A DNA stretch of 51,140 nucleotides, from the NCBI RefSeq assembly GCF_001194135.2, contig NC_068981.1, positions 68,423,402-68,474,541 of the forward strand, in the 5' to 3' direction. The notes under the pieces were generated by a model. The model did no database searches. It saw only the letters and a program-made list of their open reading frames with translations, and was not told the origin of the DNA. This document shows, one piece after another, positions 1 to 12,473 of the stretch. Each line of letters opens with the position of its first letter. Position 1 is the stretch's first letter. Made by a program: the position numbers and the translations under genes. Source of the stretch: Octopus bimaculoides. Taxonomy: Eukaryota.

Positions 1-1331
1 ATATATATATGCTCACACTATCACGAAGGTAAACATGCTTCCGGTCATCACTATTACTAACAACATTTCATTTAGTGCATAATGTAGATCAACGTATCGC
101 TTCCAAAAAGGAACGATTATATGTTGACAGACTCGGATGACGCTTTTGTTTAACTGGATTTCAGACGGATAACGACAAGAACAACATGAACTGAATTAAA
201 TCTAAAATAAAGAAACAGTGTATCGGAATATCTTCACGACATATTTTAAATAATCACTTTCCAGCCATCAAATATGAAATAAATTTTCATAACATTTTGA
301 ACAGTCGATTTCAGAGATTCAATTAACTTTAGGCCGCAGGAAGCCAGTAACGAGAATCATTAGGTACATTTGATGTATTGTAAAATGATGATTGTTTTAG
401 AAATGTTTTATGATAATTAGTAACTTAATAAGAAATCTCTACATCTCCGGCAAAAACAGTTCATTAAATGCAATATTATTTTAATTTTCTTTTGTTAATT
501 AATTATTCTTGATAACTTTGCTAGCTATGGTTTAGGATATGCACGAATAATAATTTAATACAATATAGTATATGAATGTGTAAATTCGTATGTCATGTAC
601 TCTTCTGAAGCAATAAATATAGAAATCAAATGGTTAAATATAGTTTCATACACTTAAGAATAATTTACTCACCTAGTTATATACAAATAAATGTCTCTAA
701 AGCATATTTCCTTTGACCTCAATTTATTAAAATTAAAAGTTTAATTAACATACAATTCTGTGTGTAGCTTCTTATTCTGTAAATTGTATTACCTTTTTAA
801 CATCAATTTGAATGCTCAGGAATTTTGACTAAAACGAAAATAACGAAAAAACCTTTTAAACTATTATACTAAATACCTTAACGTTATTTTGCCAATATAT
901 CTTTGGCCATATTTACCTATACCCTTATTTAGCCTTACAAGTCCAATGCATCATTTGAAAATTTCAATCATCTCTTCTTAATTTCAGAGCGTAAAACATT
1001 CAGAGAAATATAAATTAAACTTTTCATTCATACATGCACACGTTCCATTCATAGTTGATGAAAATTTAAATATATATAGTGCATATCATATCCCATTGAA
1101 GATATGGTGGACTCAAGCCCCACCCATACTAATCCTAATTGTTCTCTTCGTGTTTATAGACGGTACATTGAAATACGAGGTAACTATTTTGGTTGTTGAG
1201 CATATCAAATTTGTAAGATTTCTGTTGCAAACTATGGAACTTGAATGTTTCACCAACACGCACATACACACACGCCCGCACGCACTCACGCACGTAAATA
1301 CACACAGACGCACACACACATATGTACAGCC

Positions 1332-1372
<41 letters not shown>

Positions 1373-2784
1373 TATGTATGGGCCGTGCAGAATTACTCCA
1401 TAACTCTTGCTCCTAAACATCAACTGTATTATTCTTTTAACCGTTATATCTGATCTGAAAATGCTGATCTCTTTCTCACAACATCGTATTTTATTTGGGT
1501 CTCTGAACTAGAATCTCTTACGAGCATTTTAGTTACCTTATTTCTTTCAATGTCCCTCTCTCATCGACCATTTTCCAGTCACTCTCGCAATGAGATGCAC
1601 GAGTGGTTTAAATCGAAGGTGTTTCAATTTTCTTAGCTTATGGTATTTGGTCAGACCAGTTTTGTCTTCCATTTATAAAGCCTCGATTTTAACAAATTAC
1701 TACTCCTAGAAACTTGTCTTTGCTGCAGGTCCTACTCCCTTATAATTTTGTTTCACTTATTACAGCAGTGTCTATCAGATACACATATAGGCTAGACCGT
1801 AATCTTTGTAACTTATAGTGTTGAAGAATTCCATGTGTTTTTTTTTTCTTTTATGTAAGAATATTCTATTGACTAATATGTAATGCTTCGAATACCCAGA
1901 TGCGTAAATTTGTTCATGATCGTTAATTGTTTTTCATTAAACTAAGAAATATATTATTCCTACTACATTCTAGCCACTCCATAAGCAGAAGAAAAAAATT
2001 AGCACTCTTTGACTTGAAATAGTAGCAAAGTAATAACATAATGAATGCCGTATATCATATTATTTCACTGAGGTCAGCGTATCACCATGGAATTCCATTT
2101 AATTAAAAATAGTTAATTTAACAGCTTTTCCTATTCATTTAATTCTAAGTACACAAGTCATAGACATTTGAACAACTGACACTTAAACTATAGAATAGTT
2201 AACTAGACATCGTAAACTAATGTATTGTCTTTCTAATAAGTTATCATTCGATTGTTTGTTTGTCAGTAATAGCTACCTGATATCATTACTCTGAATTACC
2301 TGTTGCAATGATAATTGGACACAAGAACTTATTTCGTTTTCATGGAGATATTTAGCGTCACGCAAATCTCTCCCTGAGGATGTTCAAAATTGGCTTACAA
2401 TTTGATGTTAAATAGAGAGAATGCAATCCGAAATTAATCTCTGAACTTGATAGGTGAGGGAAATGACTTTTCACTTACTTCTAATGTAAAGAGATTCCCA
2501 TTTACCAAGTGGAATATCCCGAGAGCAAAATACATTTTAAAGAGATAATTTACGAAACAAATACTGGAAGATTTAGACCTCACAGGTTGTCTTTGTATAG
2601 AGTGAAATCATTTTTGAGTGAATAAATATAGATTATGTTTACAGAATGAATGAGGTGATGTATCCAGTGTTTAAGAAATAAAAAGAGTATTATAGTTATT
2701 AATTTTCTTTGTTAACATACCAGTGGGTGGTAATCTGTCATAGCCACGATCGTTTTTAAAAATTTACTTCATTATTATATCGTA

Positions 2785-3016
2785 TCAACAATATCCTCTA
2801 ACGGGAACGTAAACACACCAACATCTATATGAAGCGATGGTGGGGGAAGAAAGATACACAAACACACACACACACGTACTACGGGCTTCTTCCAGTTTCC
2901 GTCTACCAAATCCATTTACAAGGGTTTGGTCCGCCCGTGGCTATAGTAGGACGCTTTCCCAAGGTGGTACTTAGTAGGACCTAACCGGAACCTTGTGGTT
3001 GGGAAGCAAGCTTCTT
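2785..3016 (-). mobile_element. SINE, family A (tRNA-head type), 5' and central part, diverged
   Basis: Minus strand reads aagaagcttgcttcccaaccacaaggttccggttaggtcc...ccttgggaaagcgtcctactatagcc...gatttggtagacggaaactggaagaagcccgtag, then (GT)n and ...ccaccatcgcttc...ggtgtgtttacgttcccg. The same blocks recur at 21814, 37512 and 39085. It matches an abundant octopus SINE recalled from memory. Confidence 0.8.
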
Positions 3017-3252
3017 TCTCTTTAGAAAAAAAGCATATCGAGAGCGATGGTAGCTTTGTTTGTCTATGCACTAGAAATTTTCAGAAGGTTTGCCTTATTA
3101 GTGTCCAAAACAACGATTGTTTGCAAACGCTGTCGTAGTTTTCACGTTCCCAGAATTGTACGGTTTTGCATTAGTGGTAAAATTTATTTTGAGATACTGT
3201 TATGAATTAGTTACGACTATCTTAATATTGTCCCCATATTTGCTTAATTGCA

Positions 3253-3287
<35 letters not shown>

Positions 3288-5369
3288 GTGATGGTTATAT
3301 TTCTTTGTAATTGTTATTAAATGTATATTTCTATTTAATATATATTTTTGTTTCCTTTTTGTTATGTCTCAAGCCACTGCGATCTGGCACCTTCGGATGA
3401 TCTCTACTCAACCGCTACACGACGGCTACTCAACAGCTACTGTACTCCTCTACTACGGCTAGACTACCTCTATTTATATGCCTTGGGTGATCCTACTTCT
3501 TCGCTTGGGGGCGTCGACACAACACTTTTAGATGTTTCACACCATAGGATAATCAAACGTTTCGATATTGAACCACGCAAAATTTTACAAATTTGTGAAA
3601 ATATATGAAACAATAATACCAACGTCGTTTTCAGGAGATTACTGGCCTTTCCCAGAATCCAAAGATCCTGTAGTTTTAGACTCCTGTTCCACATATCTAC
3701 AATATTTTAGACTTAATGTAAATCATTGGAATGCGAAAGGTGGTAGTGATAGTCATATAAGATCTCTAATCCTTAAAAAGACCAACCGCAGCGTAGATTC
3801 CGCAACCCGAAGTGTGCTATTTATTATAATGTAAAAAAAAATGCATGTGAACAATTATCTTTTGACAACGTCGAATAAAAACGATGGGCATCTGTTGTAG
3901 AAGAGGATTTAAAGTAGGAATGTTAACATTTTCTGATACATTAAATTATACGAGAAGGAAGAAAATATGAAAAAATATATTATTATCTTAATGTTGCAGC
4001 GTTTGAAAGCGTTTCCAGTGCTCTTTAGACAAATGCTTAGAAAGTCATAAATATATAAATTTACCAACATATGTGGAAACAATTTTTTTTTTTTTTTTTT
4101 TTTTTTAGTGGGGATACGTCTATAAAAATGAGAAAAAGAGGAAAGAAAACTGTTTCAACTATGGAAATTTATGTTTTATTGGACAATTTCTCAGTACATA
4201 GCAGATTATAAGATTTCCTTTCTGGAATTGTTTTAGAGATTGTGGGTAAAACGTAATCCTAAAAGTATTTCGCGTAAGAATAAATGTGGCATGGCAATGA
4301 TTTAAGCTTGTATTTCTCGATTAAATACGCAGCTGCTATTGCCTATATTCTTTTTCCGTGAATACTATATAATGCGCCCAAATTAAAACAATTGAAAGAA
4401 CATTGATCAACGATTAAAACTTTAATCTTAGCTTAATCGAGCAAGAGATTAGCAAACTGTTATAGAAAACCCTACAGTAACAATCAAATTAGACGTATTT
4501 TAGTATTTCATATTTTGTGATGTGAAGACTTTCATAGCAACTTCTACATTTATGCATAAACATACAGTTATACATACACGACTGCATCAATATATATGTG
4601 TATTGACGTGTGTTCGTATGAGTGCGCTTCTGTATACACAACAGGGCTTCTTAGATACCATACATACGTGTGCGCGTAGAGACATACACACACACGCACA
4701 CACATACACCCGCTCACACATGTATGAATTCATGCTTTCAATTATATAATTTTGTATCGAAACATCTGAAAACTTATACACACACACGGACACTATATAT
4801 ATATATATATATCTTTTATTTCTTTACACGTTTCAGTCATGAATTTGCGATCATGCTGGATGAGTGCGTATATGTATGTATATATATATATATATATNNN
4901 NNNNNNNNNNNNNNNNNNNNNNNNNNNNNNNNNNNNNNNNNNNNNNNNNNNNNNNNNNNNNNNNNNNNNNNNNNNNNNNNNNNNNNNNNNNNNNNNNNNN
5001 NNNNNNNNNNNNNNNNNNNNNNNNNNNNNNNNNNNNNNNNNNNNNNNNNNNNNNNNNNNNNNNNNNNNNNNNNNNNNNNNNNNNNNNNNNNNNNNNNNNN
5101 NNNNNNNNNNNNNNNNNNNNNNNNNNNNNNNNNNNNNNNNNNNNNNNNNNNNNNNNNNNNNNNNNNNNNNNNNNNNNNNNNNNNNNNNNNNNNNNNNNNN
5201 NNNNNNNNNNNNNNNNNNNNNNNNNNNNNNNNNNNNNNNNNNNNNNNNNNNNNNNNNNNNNNNNNNNNNNNNNNNNNNNNNNNNNNNNNNNNNNNNNNNN
5301 NNNNNNNNNNNNNNNNNNNNNNNNNNNNNNNNNNNNNNNAAAAAAAATCACTGCACTGGTTGTTTTAAT

Positions 5370-5860
5370 CAGTTTAATTGATTATATTTTAATATGTATT
5401 TCAGTTCATAGGTCTAGTAAGTTCTTTGTTAGTTTGAGTGTGTAGAGTTAAAACATAAAAACCTTGTTATCTTTTGGGGGTGAAATTTCTCGCATTCGTT
5501 TGGGGATATGAATTCTATATAGGGGATTTGGGTGTCTTTGGGGTGGGGTTGCGGTTAGTTAATCATTGTTAGAGTAAAAGTAGTGAATGGTCAGCACAAG
5601 ATATTTCACTGGGGATGGAGCTGCGAGGTAGTGGAGGTGTTAAAAGTGGGGGTGTTTTATGAAGCCATTTTAATAGTTCACCCTTCATCAGAAATCTAAT
5701 GAGCAGATGTCTTTCAAATTCTTTCTTTTAGCAATTTTCTGTTTTAGGTGTGACTCTAGGGTCGTGGTGTTAATGAGGTGTTTTTGATTAAACAGTTTGT
5801 CGATAGGAGTGTTTTTATATATATTTTTGGGGTTTCGGAGAGGAAGTGGGGGAGATCATG
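5370..5860 (-). mobile_element. Decayed Penelope-like element remnant (linker and possible GIY-YIG tail)
   Basis: Minus-strand translation ...NTPIDKLFNQKHLINTTTLESHLKQKIAKRKNLKDIC resembles the PLE RRxKNLKDIL linker. Downstream TFNTSTT and ELKYILKYNQLN loosely resemble GIY-YIG region ends. The sequence has many stops and frameshifts. Confidence 0.4.
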
Positions 5861-6199
5861 CTAGCTCAAAAAGTAAATGTACATATCTCTCTCTCTTTAT
5901 ATGTATATATATATATATAAATATACACACACATATATACACACATGCATACATACACATATACATACACATGCCTATACATCCAAATATACGCACACAC
6001 ACNNNNNNNNNNNNNNNNNNNNNNNNNNNNNNNNNNNNNNNNNNNNNNNNNNNNNNNNNNNNNNNNNNNNNNNNNNNNNNNNNNNNNNNNNNNNNNNNNN
6101 NNNNNNNNNNNNNNNNNNNNNNNNNNNNNNNNNNNNNNNNNNNNNNNNNNNNNNNNNNNNNNNNNNNNNNNTATATACATATACGTGTGTGTGTGTGTG

Positions 6200-6790
6200 T
6201 GTATAACTTTGGTAACTTTCCGCCAGTATAGGTCCAGGTCATGTCTGAATTAATAATATACCCTCTCTGTATTCTTTTTGTGATATATCGGGCACCATGG
6301 CACACTCTAGCAAAGAGTTATTATTCTTTGGGATATATCCGGGTTTAGGATGTTGGTCTTGGATCTTTGGAAGAAATTTGTCCAGTGAACTTTTTTAATT
6401 TTATGGGATCCGTTTGCGTTTTGATGTTTTTCGGTATGGTATTAAAGAGAGCTGGACTGATTGAGGTAAATTAGTTGTGACGTAATGTTGTTAGGTTTCC
6501 TGAGTTCGATTCTTGTATAGGGCGGACAGCACAGGGGCCAAGTCTTGTATGGATTTCAAAATTGATGCCAATATCATTTGTGCAATATTTATGGAATATT
6601 TTCCACACCACAAAAATGATATAGCGCTCACGGCGGCATTGGATAGAGTAGAGAATCAGGAAACACATCTTATCATTAGATTTCGCTCTCTATCATGGTA
6701 ACGCGTGCTGAGGAAGCTGAGGCTGTTTTGCCAGTGCAGAAACCCGTCCACCTGAGTCCAAATACTTGAATGTACTTTGAAAGATTGTCT
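6200..6790 (-). mobile_element. CR1-clade LINE, ORF2 C-terminal fragment (decayed)
   Basis: Minus strand reads LYSIQCRRERYIIFVVWKIF...NDIGINFEIHTRLG...TTLRHN*FTSISPALFNTIPKNIK, then a frameshifted KIQDQHPKPGYIP. This is the typical CR1/L2-type ORF2 tail (LYSLQRRRERY...GPxLFNxLP...PDQP..PGY). Confidence 0.85.
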
Positions 6791-9700
6791 TAGCCCGTTC
6801 GCCTTCGAACAGTTATTTTTATGCAGTTATTATCTGCATATTTTCGTGATGTCATACTTAGTATGTCCTTTGATTAATTTTAAGCCTTCAGCTATTTAAA
6901 ACTTGGGGGGGGGGGCTGCAATCGCCTACATTATTGATTCTGTTATTATCAATTTTAAATTGTTAGACTAAATAATAACAAAGTCAATGGAATCTTCGCA
7001 AATTATTTTTTCGTGAATAATTTTGTTCTCGTGAATTNNNNNNNNNNNNNNNNNNNNNNNNNNNNNNNNNNNNNNNNNNNNNNNNNNNNNNNNNNNNNNN
7101 NNNNNNNNNNNNNNNNNNNNNNNNNNNNNNNNNNNNNNNNNNNNNNNNNNNNNNNNNNNNNNNNNNTATATATACATGAATGCATGCCTACAAACATGCA
7201 TACGGTTTTATATCTGTACAAATGCATGCATGCATGTATGAGAATAAGATATAAGTGAAACGTTCTTAGTGATAAAATGAATATTCAGTTTCGAATAAGT
7301 ATAAAATCCCTAAGATTTTGCTGCCTAATTGTCGCTTTTGTGTGGGGTTGTGTGTGTGTATGTGCATGTATTATGGAAAACCATACCTATCTAAACCTGC
7401 AGAAATTAAATATGTGGATTTTAAAAGATTGACCTATCATATATATACATACATACATACATACATACAAAGTTCACGATATATTAACGCTGCTCAGAAA
7501 TATTACGAACTCCAGAAATGTGGTAACCTGGCAGAAGGGTTAAAGCATGTAGTTTATGCATTTCATACTTCCGCTTCGTAAGAGTACCAACAAATCACTT
7601 GGATTAGCTACACAATTTTTCAAAATTTTATGGTTTTGTGTCAAACAAAGAAACCAGTACTTGGCAATAGCTAGTGTTGCATAATTGATATACCTTTCTG
7701 GAGATAGTTTCTTTAAACTGTTTTGTTTTTACATTCCTTTATGTCATTCGTGACATCAGTGAACACCAGGGACGCTCATCTTTTCAACGATGTCAAATTA
7801 TGTGGTCACTACAATGTAATTAGGTTTCAGATGATGGATAATCTTTTTGTGTTTTACAGTTTGAAACAAAGACAATTTTAATAGAATTCACACATTAACG
7901 AATTCAATATAGCAATTAGCGTCGGAAGCTATTTTGTTAAATATTGTCTGATGTATAACGATTTTCTATTTAGTTGATTAGCTTAAAATTTTGAGAGCTG
8001 GGTGTGGAACTCAGCAAACGAATTGGTAAACAAATATTCGATTATATCCAAATATTAGTTTTAAGTGAGGCCTTGTTTTTTCGGTAAATTTGATCAAGAA
8101 ACATTTTCAAAATTAAAACTGATTAGTAAATAGATGTTACACGTATATAGATGCAACGTACGGTAATAAAGGACAAAAGTAAAAGCAATACAAAGTAAAC
8201 GCAAAACAAAGCAGAAGAGATGAAGCACAGTGGAAAATACTACTGAGCTTAACAACAGAATCGCATATAAAATGGTGTCGGATAGTGTGCTTATATGAAA
8301 GTAAGCAAACTGAAAAAAAAACCGAAATATTTTTCCATTATTATTTTATTTAATCTTTAAATATGTATCTTTATACCTCCATGATTCTCATTAAAATTAA
8401 TACGTCGGTGCGTAGCTGTTATAAGCTGATGAAAATTAAGTTTTGTTAGTGAAATTATAAACATCGTACAAATCATTAAGTGACCAGATACGTAAGGACA
8501 TATTTGTAATAAGTTTATCTTCCTATTTGCGACATATTGTCGAACGTGATCTCAGAACAAATATTCGGCGCTATTTGCAAGAATCAAATTATGTGCATTG
8601 AAAATTATTGGCGAGGAATGTCAAATGTTATTCCGTTTTGATGTACCCTTTTATGTAGTGGCTATTTTGGGTAAAGTGCTAAATCAATCATATATTTATA
8701 GCATACCTCAATTCAGGAACGTATATTTCAATTACTATTGCGAAACATTATTTTTATTCATCTCAAAATATTATTCCCTTAGTTTATTTATGCACGTGTT
8801 ACTCATTAAAATGGAAATGTTCAGCTGTTGCTCAATATTTTGATGTCTTTCTTGCATAGACAGTTATTCTAAATAAAATCTTTTTCTCAATAGGAAGAGT
8901 TAGTTCACGTTTCTCACTATAATTTAATTTCTATTCGATAGGGAGACCAATAAATTAGTAACTTTGAAGAATTAATAATTTTATTTCCATCAAAAGTTAT
9001 GCGGTCTTCAAAATTCTATACGAAACCAATTTGAATAATAACTGTGGTAAACTTCTTCTGACACGAAATAGAGAAATTTATCTAGAATATGATACAGACT
9101 TAAGATAAACCAACGAATGCCGTTTATACAATCGAGTAATAAAAATGGTGGGTATAATTACTTACAAAAATTTAACATATGCCATCCCAGTCTAAATATT
9201 TCTCTACTACTCTCTCATTTATCTCTATCTGGGGTACTTTGTGTTTGAACATCAATCCTATTGATATGTGTTGTCTGAGACAATCCAGATGCTAGAGAAA
9301 TCAAATTATATTTTCGTTTCATATAGTTCACAATCTTTTCTTGCTAAAATGAAACTTTTGATTATTTAATCACATTCCGATATCTCGGGTTACATATTAC
9401 AGTCTCTTTGCGTTAGCTTTTATCAATGGAGTAGCCAAGTGCTCTAATTAAGTGACTGATTTATTTTCTCTCAGAATGTCCGTGTGAGTGAGTGTAAATA
9501 TGTGTGCATATATATATGTATGTGTGTGTGTGTGTGTGTATAATTTCTCTTTACTTGTTCTTTCTACTGTAACCTCTGGCGTAAGTGCAGTATACGCTAT
9601 TCTAGTATAAGAAAGTCTAATGTACTTTTTCGTTTCTGTTTTAATTCTATCTGAGGATTTTTCATATTGCCATTTTCTAAGTTTTGAAATAGCTTTTAGT

Positions 9701-9799
9701 AGTATTTTGCACAAATTATTCAATACCATAACTAAAGAAAATCGGTTCTAAATATAAATATGTTTAATTTCTACAAATATTTTTTCTATTTCATTTCAG

Positions 9800-9851
9800 G
9801 TGGAATAAAAATACAACGTTTTGGGACATATGAATTTAAGAATCTCGAGCA
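9800..9851 (+). CDS. Candidate isolated 52-nt exon of an unidentified gene
   Basis: Strong acceptor tttttctatttcatttcag| and donor |gtatgt. The phase 1 to phase 2 frame is open (GIKIQRFGTYEFKNLE). No homolog recognised. Confidence 0.3.
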
Positions 9852-10307
9852 GTATGTGGGTAAAATTTCATGATATCTTTCAGTCATAAATACATACATA
9901 CATACATACATACATACACACATATTTATGTATGGATATATATATATAATTTTGGAAAAAAACCTGCTGAAATCTCCCCATATCGGAAACTTGCTGGCTT
10001 ATGCGTTAAGGAGGAAATAAAAGTCGTTTTGATATTCCAATCGACAACATTATTGCGCACCCTATGACTGTGATTTGGCATCGGTTGGTAGATCAGCTGA
10101 TTACTAGACCGCACTCAATATTCATCTATCTATTGGTTATTATTTCTTCTTAACTAAACCTACAATGGTCTGGATATCACTCATGACAGTAATTTATTTA
10201 CGATGAGTTAGACCTTCTAGCGACAACAATCATAGCCTCACACTGTTTCCAATATATGTACATACATACAAACACACACAAACACACACACATACATACA
10301 TACATAC

Positions 10308-10340
<33 letters not shown>

Positions 10341-10559
10341 TATATNNNNNNNNNNNNNNNNNNNNNNNNNNNNNNNNNNNNNNNNNNNNNNNNNNNNNNN
10401 NNNNNNNNNNNNNNNNNNNNNNNNNNNNNNNNNNNNNNNNNNNNNNNNNNNNNNNNNNNNNNNNNNNNNNNNNNNNNNNNNNNNNNNNNNNNNNNNNNNN
10501 NNNNNNNNNNNNNNNNNNNNNNNNNNNNNNNNNNTATATATATATATATATATATATAT

Positions 10560-10820
10560 GAAGGTACATGCTTCATTGGTTAGAACGTCGGGCTCACAAT
10601 TATAAGGTAGGGAGTTCGATTCCCGGACGGGGCTCTGTATTATGGTCTTGAGGAAGACCATATTTCAGTTGGCTCCAGTTGTCACGGTTGTAGAAATAAT
10701 TTGCTTTGGAGAGGGTAAGTTGTTATGCATGGGCAACCGCTGGTTTTCCATTAAAAGGCGTGTACCTCGGTAGGTAAATTTCTAAGTGCATCCCATGGTA
10801 ATTCCTCAGATCTTTACCCT
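10560..10820 (+). mobile_element. tRNA-derived SINE, family B, internally deleted
   Basis: A-box-like tgcttcattggttag (10569) and B-box gagttcgattcc (10612), followed by a body (gtcttgaggaagacc...gctccagtt...atgcatgggc...cccatggt...tctttaccct) typical of a recalled octopus SINE. Confidence 0.8.
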
Positions 10821-11181
10821 TATCTAGATTAGTTTGATAACTTTTCCGTCATCAGCACTATACAAAGGGCGAAATAAATGAAAATATCTATACATATCCT
10901 CAGAAATTGATCAATCTAAAACTATTGGAATTATTTTATGAATTTTTTGTCAGTCTGCTTTCCAGCTTTCAATCTGTGTAATTGTATGTGGAGTGAATAT
11001 TTTACGCCTGTTCCGCGTCTTCCGTTAGCATATAGGCATGATAGATTTTGTTGTACCCTCTAGTATAATTGTACCTATACAATTATATATCTCTATAAAT
11101 GTATTTTACCTAAAAGGCTTTTATTATATGTTGGCCACTGATAAAATGCATTAATTCTAAAGATTGTATCCTCTAAATATA

Positions 11182-11569
11182 TTTCTATCGTGGCACACCG
11201 TCGATTAGGACGACGAGGATTCCAGTTGATCCTATCAGCGGAACAGACTGCTCGTGAAATTAACGTGCAAGTAGTTGAGCACTCCAAAGACACGTGTACC
11301 CCTAACGTAGTTCTCGGAGAGATTCAGCGTGACACAGAGTATAACAAAGCTAGCCCTTTGAAATACAGGTACTACAGAAACAGGAAGAAAGAGTGAGAGG
11401 AAGTTGTGATGAAAGAGGATAGCAGGGTGCGCCACCACCCCATGGTGGAAGGTCGGAAGTTTAGGTGTTTACGCTCAATGAATACACTCAACCGCAGGTC
11501 TAGGAATCGAACACGCCATCCTACGATCGCGAGTCCGCTGCCCTAACCATTGGGCTATTGCACCTCCAC
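11182..11569 (-). mobile_element. tRNA-derived SINE, family C, near full length
   Basis: Minus-strand head gtggaggtgcaatagcccaatggttagggcagcggactcgcgatcgtaggatggcgtgttcgattcc carries A and B boxes. The body contains ...gctcgtgaaattaacgtgcaagtagttgagcactccaaagacacgtgtacccctaacgtagttctc... (plus-strand reading). Confidence 0.85.
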
Positions 11570-12409
11570 ATATATATATAGAAGTCTATAAGAATTAATA
11601 CTGTTTTAGAGTGTAAGGTGATATTTTAAAAAGAATTATTCAAAAGATAAAATGTTATCAAATCTTTTATCAGGATGCTACTAAACTGTTTTGGGGAGAA
11701 TATGTTTTGTAGGGCGTGGGCGCTTTAAACACACACACACACACACACANNNNNNNNNNTATGTAGGTATTTTATAAACAAACTCATGTTCGTGTAAGTA
11801 TATGCGTTTGTGTGTGTGCGTTGGGAATATTCGTTTCAGAGATTCACTCACACACTGATTTCCGGCTTGTCGTTTTATGCTTTTAATTCAAAAACCAGTA
11901 ATATTAACTACCTAAGTTATTCGTCGGCGATCGACTAGTTGACGTAGCATTTAAGTTCTGTCATGAATATAAACGGCAATTAGTTTCATGCATATAGTTA
12001 GGCTTTGTCGACATATGTATTTGGGCGTGTGTATATGTGCATATGCGTGCTTATGTACGTACATGGATGTTCGCACGTGGTTGTGCATATCTGGGTGTTT
12101 TTCTCGAATACAAATTACATATATTTCATAACTTTATATAGTCAAGATTCATGATTGAAATACTATTAGACGCGCATAACTGATGCCGTAAGAGATAGAT
12201 CACTATGAATGTACTATATGTATGTGTTACTGAATGTAATATTTCTTTAAGCGAATAGATTAATTAACTTTTGCTTGACTGACGTTAGAATGATTAGTTC
12301 ATAAATACAAAATTTTATTGCAATCGCTTTTGTGAAATAGCGTTAAATGCCTTCTTTGCACCTTTCATGCAATGGTGACACACGCACTTGGCTATACACT
12401 TGCACACAC

Positions 12410-12473
<64 letters not shown>

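Noticed and set aside
7490-7543. piggyBac-like end (aagggTTAA), also at about 41620
   Set aside because: No matching opposite terminus was found nearby, so it is too short to support a call.
8415-8465. Hammerhead ribozyme (CTGATGA at 8426, GAAA at 8451)
   Set aside because: Stem II does not pair properly and stem I and the cleavage triplet are missing. The CTGATGA hits near 5680 (minus), 31845 and 33573 also lack the stems.
10560-11569. tRNA genes
   Set aside because: The A/B-box heads are degenerate, lack complete cloverleaf acceptor stems and run into SINE bodies.
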